A stretch of DNA of 32,000 nt from a bacterium (GTDB taxonomy: Bacteria > UBP7 > UBA6624 > JBBIMK01). The notes under the pieces were generated by a model. It was not told the DNA's origin. It ran no database searches and worked only from the letters and a program-made list of their open reading frames with translations. Made by a program: the position numbers and the translations under genes. The stretch is taken from positions 60,001-92,000 of the forward strand of contig JBBIMK010000001.1 of NCBI GenBank assembly GCA_037444445.1. Reading direction: 5' to 3'. Below are positions 17,418 through 25,422 of the stretch, piece by piece (within the stretch, counting starts at the first letter, position 1; each line of letters starts with the position of its first letter).

Positions 17418-18092
17418 CTATTCAGTATGATTTTTATCATATTTTTGAATGATTTTTCTCAAACGAATTGGGCTTAGAACAGTCATTTCCCCCCGGTGAA
17501 TTGTGAGGATGCCCCTGGAACGGAGGACTGATAAAGTGCGAATGGAGGTTTCCACGGTTGTCCCCGCCATACTGGCAAGTTCTTTATGGGTTACAGGTAT
17601 TTTTTTCCCGAATTTTTTACTGAGTGATAAAAGTATCTGAAGCAGACGCTGGGATGCGGAGTTATGGTATAGGGAAATGGAGGATTCCATGTGCCTCAAG
17701 CGTTTAATGACAAAAGAAAATAGAGCAGTTGCTATGGATGGATATGATTTCATCCACTTCCGAATCTCTTCCGCCGGTACCCGGTATAAAGAGCAAGGAC
17801 TTCCTGCAACGGCTGTGGCAGCATAAGGGCTACCATCCAGGGAAGAAACGCCAAATAAGCCTTCTTCCGGAGTTAGTAGGTCCAGGATAACCTCATGTCC
17901 GTCAATAGACTTACGCTTGAGGACTACACGACCTTGCCGGAGAATCCACAAATACTCGCTCCGATCCCCTTCGTGAAAGATAATTTCGCCAGGAGAATAG
18001 CGTAAGACTTCAAAAGAGTGCCGCAGGGATTCTACCAGGTTTCGTGGTAATTCATGAAAAAACGGGATTCTGTATATGCGCCTTTCCCTCAT
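17418..18092 (-). CDS. Crp/Fnr-family transcriptional regulator (no FNR-type Cys cluster)
   Basis: cNMP-binding-like beta-roll (FHEGDRSEYLWILRQGRVVLKR) and a C-terminal HTH (ELASMAGTTVETSIRTLSVLRSRG). The track ORF starts at nt 18143. I prefer the Met at 18092 (MRERRIYRIPFFHELP, 224 aa), because the upstream 17 codons are AT-rich and overlap a palindromic operator-like site. The start remains uncertain. Confidence 0.8.
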   Translation of the reverse strand: MRERRIYRIPFFHELPRNLVESLRHSFEVLRYSPGEIIFHEGDRSEYLWILRQGRVVLKRKSIDGHEVILDLLTPEEGLFGVSSLDGSPYAATAVAGSPCSLYRVPAEEIRKWMKSYPSIATALFSFVIKRLRHMESSISLYHNSASQRLLQILLSLSKKFGKKIPVTHKELASMAGTTVETSIRTLSVLRSRGILTIHRGEMTVLSPIRLRKIIQKYDKNHTE

Positions 18093-18128
18093 GCCATTTT
18101 TTATCTTATTGAAATCTTCATAAAAAAG

Positions 18129-18144
18129 TATGATATATATCATA
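18129..18144. promoter_or_regulatory. Perfect 16-bp palindrome TATGATATATATCATA, an FNR/CRP-type box (core TGAT-N4-ATCA)
   Basis: Read directly from the sequence and self-complementary over 16 bp. Lies in the divergent region between the Crp/Fnr gene and argS. Matches the FNR consensus TTGAT-N4-ATCAA except at the outermost base of each half-site. Confidence 0.45.
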
Positions 18145-18194
18145 TTATATGAATTTACAGGATAGAAATCAGGGAATTCTGAAGAGCGGAAAAC

Positions 18195-18224
18195 TTAGCG
18201 AAGAAGACAATTGTGGCGTATAAT
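18195..18224 (+). promoter_or_regulatory. Candidate argS promoter (TTAGCG, 18 nt, TATAAT)
   Basis: A perfect TATAAT at 18219-18224, 47 nt upstream of the argS ATG. The -35 element is weak. Seen by eye only. Confidence 0.25.
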
Positions 18225-18271
18225 TAGAGTTGTGAGGCGGTGGGTGCTTCGTTTCACCGAGAGAGTAAAGG

Positions 18272-20317
18272 ATGAGGGAACGGCTGGAAAAGCAGATTGA
18301 GGAGGTTTTGTTAAAGTTACTCACAAAGGAAGGCATACCCGTAAAGAACATCATCTTTCGTGAAATCCCCTTTTCGGAACAGTGGGGGGTTTTTACTCCC
18401 CTCGCCTTTACTCTGGGGAAAGAAAATGCCCAAACTCTTGCGGAAGACCTGAGCCAGAAATTGCAAGAATATCTGAAAGAAAAGCCTTTTATCCAGAAGG
18501 TAGAAGCCAAGAACGGCTACTTAAATTTTTATTTTTCCCTGCCGGAAGTAGCGAAAATGACTCTTTCTGAAATTTTGCAGAACCCGGAATACGGAAAAGG
18601 CGAACCTAAATCCGAGAGGGTGATGGTAGAGTACTCACAACCCAACACGCATAAAGCGTTTCACATCGGACATCTACGAAATGTATGCCTGGGGCTGGCT
18701 CTTTCTAATATCTTGAAATTTGCTGGCTATTCTGTTCTGACGGCAAATTATCTGGGAGATACTGGAGCCCATGTCATCAAATGCCTGTGGGGGTATTTAA
18801 GATTCTATGAAGGGAAAGAGCCGGAGGTTGCGAAAGGAAGATGGCTCGGTGAGGTGTATGCAGAGGCTCACCGGGTTTTAACAGAAGCCGAGAAGCAGGC
18901 TTACAAGTCAGTGGCAGGTTTGATGCGAAAAGGAGCAGAAACTTTTTCTTTGGAGATGGCCGTAGAGGGAATTGCTCAATCCCTGCGTCTTCCCTCTCAG
19001 ATTCAAAAAGAATTACAGGTTTTATTTCAGATAGCCATGAAGGGAGATGATGCCTTCCTGGAGGCGGTGGAATCCCACTCTTTCCTCCTAAACACTCTGC
19101 TCCGTGAACTTCAAAAAAATTTTGAAGAGTTTGAATCCACTTTGTTGCAAATGGGGCTTTTAACACCGGAAGACACACGCACCCTTCGTCAGTATTTCAC
19201 TTACCAGGATGAATTGAAAAACCTGTTTCAGAGATGGGAAGCACAGGACCCAAAATTGGTGGAGTTATGGGAAAAGACACGAGAGTGGAGCATACAGGAT
19301 TTTCAGCGAATTTATGAAGAATTGGGGGTTCAGTTTGATGTCTGGTTTTATGAAAGTGAGATGGAAGAGCCGGGGAAAGAGATTGTGAAAGAATTACTCC
19401 AGAAGGGAGTGGCAGAAGAAAGCGAGGGAGCAGTGATTGTGGATTTAGACCGACATAACGGGAATGGGCAAAAGGGGTTGGGAGTGCTGATGATTTTGCG
19501 TTCTGACGGCACGCCTCTGTATTCTACGAAGGACCTGGCGCTGGCGAAAATCAAGTTTGAACAATATGGGATTGACCGCTCTATTTATGTCGTAGCCACA
19601 CCCCAATCACTATATTTTCAACAACTTTTTCAGGTGCTTTCTCTATGGGGTTTTCATCAGGCCAAGCAGTGTTTTCACCTGGCTTATGAGATTGTTTCTT
19701 TGCCGGAGGGAACCATGTCTTCCCGAGCAGGGAGAGTGGTTCTCTATGAGGAACTGTCGCACATGCTTCGGAAGAAAGCCCGGGAAACGGTGGAGGAAAA
19801 AATGCCTCATCTTTCGCCCGAAGAGAAAGATTCTATTGCTTTCTCGGTAGCGGATGGGGCGATGAAGTTCACCATGCTTTCTCGGGAGAATCACAAGGTA
19901 TTAATTTTCGACCCCGATGAAGCACTGGATTTTGAAGGACGTTCTGCGCCCTATCTCCAATATGCCCACGCCCGCGCCACCCGGATTCTGGAGAAATCAG
20001 GCTTGCCCATTGAAACTGTGAAAATCACGAATGAGATGGAAATCCCCCCCCTCACCTCTTTTGAAGCGAAACTGGTGCTGACTTTTCAGGAATTTCCAGG
20101 AATCATTCATCGGGCAGCAAAAGAACTGAGGCCCCACATCCTCACCAGCTATTTATATGATATGGCTCAGCAATTTAGCGATTTTTATCATCATTGCGAT
20201 GTAATTCATTCGGAAGAGCCCGTGCGAAATCTACGTTTGGCGCTGGTGGTTTCCTTTCGTCAGATTCTAAGAACTGGGCTTCTACTGTTAGGAATTACAC
20301 CCCTGGAAAGAATGTGA
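18272..20317 (+). CDS. argS: Arginine--tRNA ligase
   Basis: 681 aa. HIGH-type motif AFHIGHLRN. MSSRAG in place of KMSKS, as ArgRS carries MSTR. The anticodon-binding C-terminus ends ...PLERM, the typical ArgRS ending. Has an N-terminal Add-1-like domain. Confidence 0.93.
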   Translation: MRERLEKQIEEVLLKLLTKEGIPVKNIIFREIPFSEQWGVFTPLAFTLGKENAQTLAEDLSQKLQEYLKEKPFIQKVEAKNGYLNFYFSLPEVAKMTLSEILQNPEYGKGEPKSERVMVEYSQPNTHKAFHIGHLRNVCLGLALSNILKFAGYSVLTANYLGDTGAHVIKCLWGYLRFYEGKEPEVAKGRWLGEVYAEAHRVLTEAEKQAYKSVAGLMRKGAETFSLEMAVEGIAQSLRLPSQIQKELQVLFQIAMKGDDAFLEAVESHSFLLNTLLRELQKNFEEFESTLLQMGLLTPEDTRTLRQYFTYQDELKNLFQRWEAQDPKLVELWEKTREWSIQDFQRIYEELGVQFDVWFYESEMEEPGKEIVKELLQKGVAEESEGAVIVDLDRHNGNGQKGLGVLMILRSDGTPLYSTKDLALAKIKFEQYGIDRSIYVVATPQSLYFQQLFQVLSLWGFHQAKQCFHLAYEIVSLPEGTMSSRAGRVVLYEELSHMLRKKARETVEEKMPHLSPEEKDSIAFSVADGAMKFTMLSRENHKVLIFDPDEALDFEGRSAPYLQYAHARATRILEKSGLPIETVKITNEMEIPPLTSFEAKLVLTFQEFPGIIHRAAKELRPHILTSYLYDMAQQFSDFYHHCDVIHSEEPVRNLRLALVVSFRQILRTGLLLLGITPLERM

Positions 20318-20322
20318 AACTC

Positions 20323-21048
20323 ATGTTAATTGTAGAGAATTTGAGCAAACGTTTTGGCGATACGGAGGCACTGAAGAGAGTCTCTTTCACGATTACGGAA
20401 GGACAGGTTTACTCCCTGCTGGGACCCAACGGTGCGGGAAAAACCACCACCTTACGAATTGTGGCTGGATTAATGATGCCTGATACGGGGCGAGTTCTTT
20501 GGAATGGATACCCCAATATTCACCATCCCGAAGTAAAAAGGCAAATAGGATACCTGACTGCCGATATGGGCCTTTACCCCCGCCTCACTCCGTGGGAATA
20601 TCTGAATTCATTTGGAAGATTTTATGGATTGAGGGGGAAAACCCTGGCGCAGAAAGTTCAGGAAGTGGTGAACCGATTTGAAATTGAAGAATTTGCCCAT
20701 CGTCGTTGCGAAAGCCTGTCCACAGGGATGAAACAGCGTGTGCTCCTGGCTCGAACACTTCTACACGACCCTGTTCTGCTGATTTTAGATGAACCTACCG
20801 CTGGGCTGGATGCCATCACGGCGCTGGGTTTTATCTCCTACATTCGGGAGGAGAAAAAGAAAGGTAAAAGTATTTTGTTCTCCACACATCAATTATGGGA
20901 AGCGGAAATTATTTCTGATGCACTGGGCATTCTCCATTGTGGAGACCTGGTGGCTTCTGGAACACCCTCTGCACTGCTATCGCACTACGGGGTCGCATCC
21001 CTCCTGGATTTGTTCGTAAAAATTGTAGAGCATCCCGATGCACACTGA
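20323..21048 (+). CDS. ABC transporter ATP-binding protein (NatA-like, ABC-2 type exporter)
   Basis: ATG at 20323 ([13 protein letters not shown]), 5 nt after the argS stop. The track's longer ORF from 20194 merely overlaps argS. Walker [10 protein letters not shown], signature LSTGMKQR, Walker [13 protein letters not shown]. Confidence 0.9.
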   Translation: MLIVENLSKRFGDTEALKRVSFTITEGQVYSLLGPNGAGKTTTLRIVAGLMMPDTGRVLWNGYPNIHHPEVKRQIGYLTADMGLYPRLTPWEYLNSFGRFYGLRGKTLAQKVQEVVNRFEIEEFAHRRCESLSTGMKQRVLLARTLLHDPVLLILDEPTAGLDAITALGFISYIREEKKKGKSILFSTHQLWEAEIISDALGILHCGDLVASGTPSALLSHYGVASLLDLFVKIVEHPDAH

Positions 21049-23062
21049 CAGAATTCTACCCCTTTTCGTCAAAGAAATTCTGGAGGCTATTCGCGATTTG
21101 CGAACTCTCTTCGGGATGATTGTTCTTCCCTTGATTCTCTTCCCATTCTTGCTGGTAGGATTAACTGCCTGGGGGCTTCGGGCTACTCCCCAGGAGAGGG
21201 GAATATACCGCATTGGAATCGTAGGAGAATCCTCCTACCTTCAAGAGGCACTTCAACGAAATTCACGATTCCAGCCACAATTTTTCCGATTCCCCATCCC
21301 AGAAAGACAGATTCAAAGGTATATCAGCCTGGGACAACTGGATCTCGTTATTCAAATAGAAGAAAACTTTGATAAACATCTAAAAGAAAATCAGCAAGCC
21401 TCCATAAGACTCTATTACGATACCACATCGGAGGCTTCCTATCAGGCTTTTGATAGTTTTCGTAATTGGATGGTGGACTGGAAAACGGAAATTGTGAAGG
21501 AGCGTATTCAGTCATTCGGCATAGAGGAGGAAGTCATCCAGCCGCTAAAAATGGAAGGGGTGAATCTGGCAACACCAAGAAAATTAGGGGGGTTTACCCT
21601 GGCGCAGTTCTTGCCGTTTCTGCTGATTATTATGGCTCTTCAAGCGGCCTTTTACCCATCCATTGACCTGGTAGTAGGGGAAAAAGAACGGCGAACATTG
21701 GAATCTCTTTTAACCACGCCACTGACTCCAGTAGAAATCCTGACAGGAAAATTTCTGGCGGTGTCGCTGATTAGCCTCGTGGCCGTAGTCTTAAATCTTA
21801 CAGGAACCGTTTTAGCCTTCCAAATCCTGACACGGAGCACCCCGGGAACCCCAATAGAATTCACTTTATCTCCAGTCACTTTTCTGTGGATGGTCATCTT
21901 TGTCCTCCCCATCTGCATGCTCTTTAGCGCCGTTTTTATGTCGCTATCCACACTCTCCCGAAGTGTTCGGGAAGCCCACACCTACCTGACGCCTGTTTTC
22001 GTTTTTACCGTGTTACTGGCCGGGATTGGCATAGCCCCCGGTGCTCACTTTTCCCGGGCTTATGTTTTTCTGCCCATTGGCTCTCTCGTCTTACTGTTAA
22101 AAGACCTCTTGCTTCAGCAAGCAAATTTCATACCCTTGATTATCGTTCTCTTTCTCCATTTACTTCTGGCTTTCCTCTTCCTGCGGTTCGCCGCTGGCTT
22201 ACTCCAATCTGAAGAGGTTTTATTTAGCCCCGTGGGGTTTAATCTCCAGGCGCTACGGAAAAGCAAACCTCCTACCGCACTTCCGACGCTGTGGGAAGTG
22301 ACAGCTCTATTCTTCTTTCTATTACCTCTGATTATTTGGGTGGGTAGTTTTTGGGCTCCCCGTTCTATTGCCCTGGCACTCATCTTTACACAGGTGGGTG
22401 TTATCTTCGCCATTCCCATACTCTTCCTGAAACTTTTACGATACAATATCAAAGAAACACTGGCTCTCCATTATCCCGGCATCTTGAACCTTCTGGCGGG
22501 TTTTCTCGTGGGTATCTCAGGCTATCTCCTGAATATCTTCCTCGTTTTTGCATTAAAAGGCATCGTGCCTTATCCTCAGGATTTTGAGGAGGTAATGAAA
22601 GAACTTCTGAAGAATTTAACCAGGGGTCAGGGACTTTCACTTCTGGCTTTACTCCCCGCTGTATGTGAAGAAACTTTATTCCGTGGAGTCATACTCAGTG
22701 GAGTGCGACGCAGGTTCTCTTTCCTGACTTCCGTCCTGTTTATTGGCATTCTATTCGGTTTATTCCATTTACCGAATCCTCTCCGAATGATCACCGCCTC
22801 CTTACTGGGAGTTTTATTCACTGGAGTGACTCTAAAAACCGGTTCCCTTTTCCCCGCTATAGCGGCTCATTTTACTGTAAATGCAATTAGCGTAATGGCG
22901 ACTTGGATAGAGCCCAAATGGGAAACGACAATTCCTTCAGCGATAGCCTTTCCTGCCCTGTTGGCGGGCGTTCTTTTCTTTTCCATAGCATGGCTACTGA
23001 CACGGTCGCTAACCACTGCAAGGAAAACGCAGGAAAATGGTGAAAATATAGCAACTCTATAA
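21038..23062 (+). CDS. Fusion protein: NatB-like ABC-2 permease (aa 1 to ~395) plus CPBP/Abi-family intramembrane metalloprotease (aa ~415-625)
   Basis: 674 aa. N-terminal half: one TM helix, a large loop, then the VGEKERRTLESLL motif and 5 TM helices, as in NatB. C-terminal half: CPBP motifs EETLFRG, FGLFH and HFTVN, all intact. Overlaps the ATPase gene by 11 nt. Confidence 0.85.
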   Translation: MHTDRILPLFVKEILEAIRDLRTLFGMIVLPLILFPFLLVGLTAWGLRATPQERGIYRIGIVGESSYLQEALQRNSRFQPQFFRFPIPERQIQRYISLGQLDLVIQIEENFDKHLKENQQASIRLYYDTTSEASYQAFDSFRNWMVDWKTEIVKERIQSFGIEEEVIQPLKMEGVNLATPRKLGGFTLAQFLPFLLIIMALQAAFYPSIDLVVGEKERRTLESLLTTPLTPVEILTGKFLAVSLISLVAVVLNLTGTVLAFQILTRSTPGTPIEFTLSPVTFLWMVIFVLPICMLFSAVFMSLSTLSRSVREAHTYLTPVFVFTVLLAGIGIAPGAHFSRAYVFLPIGSLVLLLKDLLLQQANFIPLIIVLFLHLLLAFLFLRFAAGLLQSEEVLFSPVGFNLQALRKSKPPTALPTLWEVTALFFFLLPLIIWVGSFWAPRSIALALIFTQVGVIFAIPILFLKLLRYNIKETLALHYPGILNLLAGFLVGISGYLLNIFLVFALKGIVPYPQDFEEVMKELLKNLTRGQGLSLLALLPAVCEETLFRGVILSGVRRRFSFLTSVLFIGILFGLFHLPNPLRMITASLLGVLFTGVTLKTGSLFPAIAAHFTVNAISVMATWIEPKWETTIPSAIAFPALLAGVLFFSIAWLLTRSLTTARKTQENGENIATL

Positions 23063-23070
23063 AAGTTCTT

Positions 23071-25422
23071 ATGAAGCGCCTGCTCACACTCCTGGAGTTT
23101 GATAAAATTCAAGAAATATTGAAACAGTATTTACCTCCGACAAATATCGGAAAATCGCGCATTAACACTCTAACTCCTGAACTGGATTTTAATAAAGCAA
23201 AAGCATTGCAGGAGAAAATCAGGGACTGGGTTACTCTTTTTGAACAGGGCATATCTGGGAACCTTATCAGGGAAATTCCACCCCCCGAAAAAATCTTGAA
23301 GATATTGCGAGAAGGTGAGGGCGTAGAGCCAGCGTTATTTTGTTCTATTCGGGGTATGCTGAAGGGGTTGACAAGAATACTGGAGGAGGTGAAGAAATGC
23401 ACAACCCTACCCTACACGATTCGGAAAGCGGTTCAATCCTTGCCCCAATTTGTGGAGGAAATTCGGAAGCTGGATGAAATTTTTGATGAAGAAGAGCAAA
23501 TACGGGATGAAGCCTCACCCCGATTGAAGACCTTGAGAAAATCGCTAAAGGATGTGGAAAGGAAAATTAAAAAGGAACTTCAGTATTACATCCAGCGCCA
23601 GCGATGGATATTGCAGGAAGAAATCATTACAATTCGGAATGGGCGGTTCGTCCTACCGGTCCGAATGGACCGCTTACCGGTAAGAGAGTTCATCGTGCAT
23701 GAAACTTCCGCTTCCGGCGCCACCGCTTTTGCTGAACCTCTGGAGCTGGTTCCCCTGAATAACCATCGCCAGCATCTCCAGTCCGCTGAGCAGGAGGAAC
23801 TGAAGCAGATTCTGCTGGAACTGCTGGCATACTTTCGTGAACGAACGGCTGAACTGAAATTGGCTGAAGATTTTCTGACAGATTTTGCCTTTCATTCTGC
23901 AGTTTTTGTGTTTTTGAAATCTGCGAAAGCCTCCTTCCCGCAACTTTTGTTAGAAGGCAATACCCGGCTATATCAAGCCCGTCATCCTCTGTTGATGGAA
24001 AAAGCAGTGCCTTCTGATGTTCTATTAGGAGATGGCTACCGAGTATTGGTCGTGAGCGGGCCCAATGCGGGTGGCAAAACGGTTCTCCTGAAAACCGTAG
24101 GGCTTCTGACCCTGATGGCAGCCGCCGGTTTACCCATCCCGGCACATCCGGATTCTCAAATCTTAATTCCCACTCAATTGTTCATCGTTTTGGGTGATGA
24201 GCAGAGCATAGAAAGTGCCTTAAGCACTTTTACGGCCCGTCTTTTACCTCTCCGGTCCGCCCTCGTCCATCTTCAGAAGCACCCAGAAGAAGCCCATCGG
24301 ATTCTCTTTCTTCTGGACGAAATAGGTGCGGGAACCAGCCCTGAAGAAGGGGTGGCCTTCGCAGAAGCGGTACTCACTTCCATTCAGGAATACGGTTCCT
24401 ATTGCATTGCCACCACTCACTTCCAGAAATTAAAAGAACTGGCTTACAGACAGGAGGGAATCCAGAATGCAGCGCTTCTTTTTGATGATGAAACCCTCCA
24501 GCCCACTTATCGTCTGCATATTGGATTTCCAGGACCAAGCCTGGGCTTGAAAGTGGCAAAGAACCTTGACTTCCCCGAAAGGATTCTGGAAAAAGCCTTC
24601 TCTCTTCTGGACACCGCACGCCTTTCCGCAGAAAACCTTTTGGAACAGGCACAAAAAGAAATCCTCAAGGCTCAACGGATGAGAGAGGAAGCAGAGCACC
24701 TTTTGCAACGGGCGCAAGACCTGCAATTGCAGATGGAAGAAAAGGAAAAACGATTCAAGAAAGAGGCTTACGAGAAAGCTCGCATCCGATACAAAGAGGC
24801 AGAAGGATTCCTTCGTAACGCCCTGAAGAAAGCCGATGAGTTGATAAAAACTCTGGAAGCCGAACAAAAACATATCACCCCAATTCGTGAGAAAAAGAAA
24901 GAATTATTGGAGTTATACCGCACAGCAATCCTGGAGAGTGAGAAGCCTGTTCCAGAACTCCTGTCGGGGAAGCGGGTAGCGACCTACCAGAAAGGTGAGA
25001 AGGCATGGCTCCCTTCCCTCGCATTGATGGTGGAGGTTACAGAACCTCCGGATGAAGAAGGATATGTGAAAGTTCAGTCTGGAAGCCTCACATTGCGGGT
25101 GAGGGAAAAAGCCTTGAAGCCCATAGAGCCATCATTTGCCCGAATAGACACCAGCGAGGTCGGTGAATACACTGTTTCGGGCGAATTACTCTTGATAGGA
25201 AAAACCGCAGAAGAAAGCATCGCTCTCACCGACCGCTTCCTGAACCACGCTTTCCTCACTGGCCAGAAATCCGTGCGAATAATCCACGGCAGAGGAACGG
25301 GAAAATTGAGAAGAAGTTTGCAGGAGTATCTGAAAACCCATCCTCTTGTCCAAAATTTCCATAGTGATGACAGCTCGGGAAAAGGAGGCGTGACCATTGT
25401 TTTACTGGAAGAAAAATCTTGA
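23071..25422 (+). CDS. mutS2: Endonuclease MutS2 (MutS domain plus C-terminal Smr domain)
   Basis: 783 aa. Walker A GPNAGGKT and Walker B FLLDEIGAGTSPEEG. A long coiled-coil region. The Smr domain contains VRIIHGRGTGKLR. Confidence 0.93.
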   Translation: MKRLLTLLEFDKIQEILKQYLPPTNIGKSRINTLTPELDFNKAKALQEKIRDWVTLFEQGISGNLIREIPPPEKILKILREGEGVEPALFCSIRGMLKGLTRILEEVKKCTTLPYTIRKAVQSLPQFVEEIRKLDEIFDEEEQIRDEASPRLKTLRKSLKDVERKIKKELQYYIQRQRWILQEEIITIRNGRFVLPVRMDRLPVREFIVHETSASGATAFAEPLELVPLNNHRQHLQSAEQEELKQILLELLAYFRERTAELKLAEDFLTDFAFHSAVFVFLKSAKASFPQLLLEGNTRLYQARHPLLMEKAVPSDVLLGDGYRVLVVSGPNAGGKTVLLKTVGLLTLMAAAGLPIPAHPDSQILIPTQLFIVLGDEQSIESALSTFTARLLPLRSALVHLQKHPEEAHRILFLLDEIGAGTSPEEGVAFAEAVLTSIQEYGSYCIATTHFQKLKELAYRQEGIQNAALLFDDETLQPTYRLHIGFPGPSLGLKVAKNLDFPERILEKAFSLLDTARLSAENLLEQAQKEILKAQRMREEAEHLLQRAQDLQLQMEEKEKRFKKEAYEKARIRYKEAEGFLRNALKKADELIKTLEAEQKHITPIREKKKELLELYRTAILESEKPVPELLSGKRVATYQKGEKAWLPSLALMVEVTEPPDEEGYVKVQSGSLTLRVREKALKPIEPSFARIDTSEVGEYTVSGELLLIGKTAEESIALTDRFLNHAFLTGQKSVRIIHGRGTGKLRRSLQEYLKTHPLVQNFHSDDSSGKGGVTIVLLEEKS

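Noticed and set aside
18144-18271. Possible T-box or other riboswitch leader upstream of argS.
   Set aside because: With the TATAAT at 18219 the leader would be only about 40 nt. That is far too short for a T-box, and I see no specifier or antiterminator elements.
20044-20051. C8 homopolymer run in argS.
   Set aside because: It encodes ...EIPPLT... in frame within an intact ArgRS. No evidence of phase variation, only a potential sequencing-error hotspot.
20194-20322. 43-codon N-terminal extension of the NatA-like ATPase ORF given in the track.
   Set aside because: It overlaps the 3' end of argS in another frame. The conserved ABC N-terminus starts at the ATG at 20323 ([12 protein letters not shown]).
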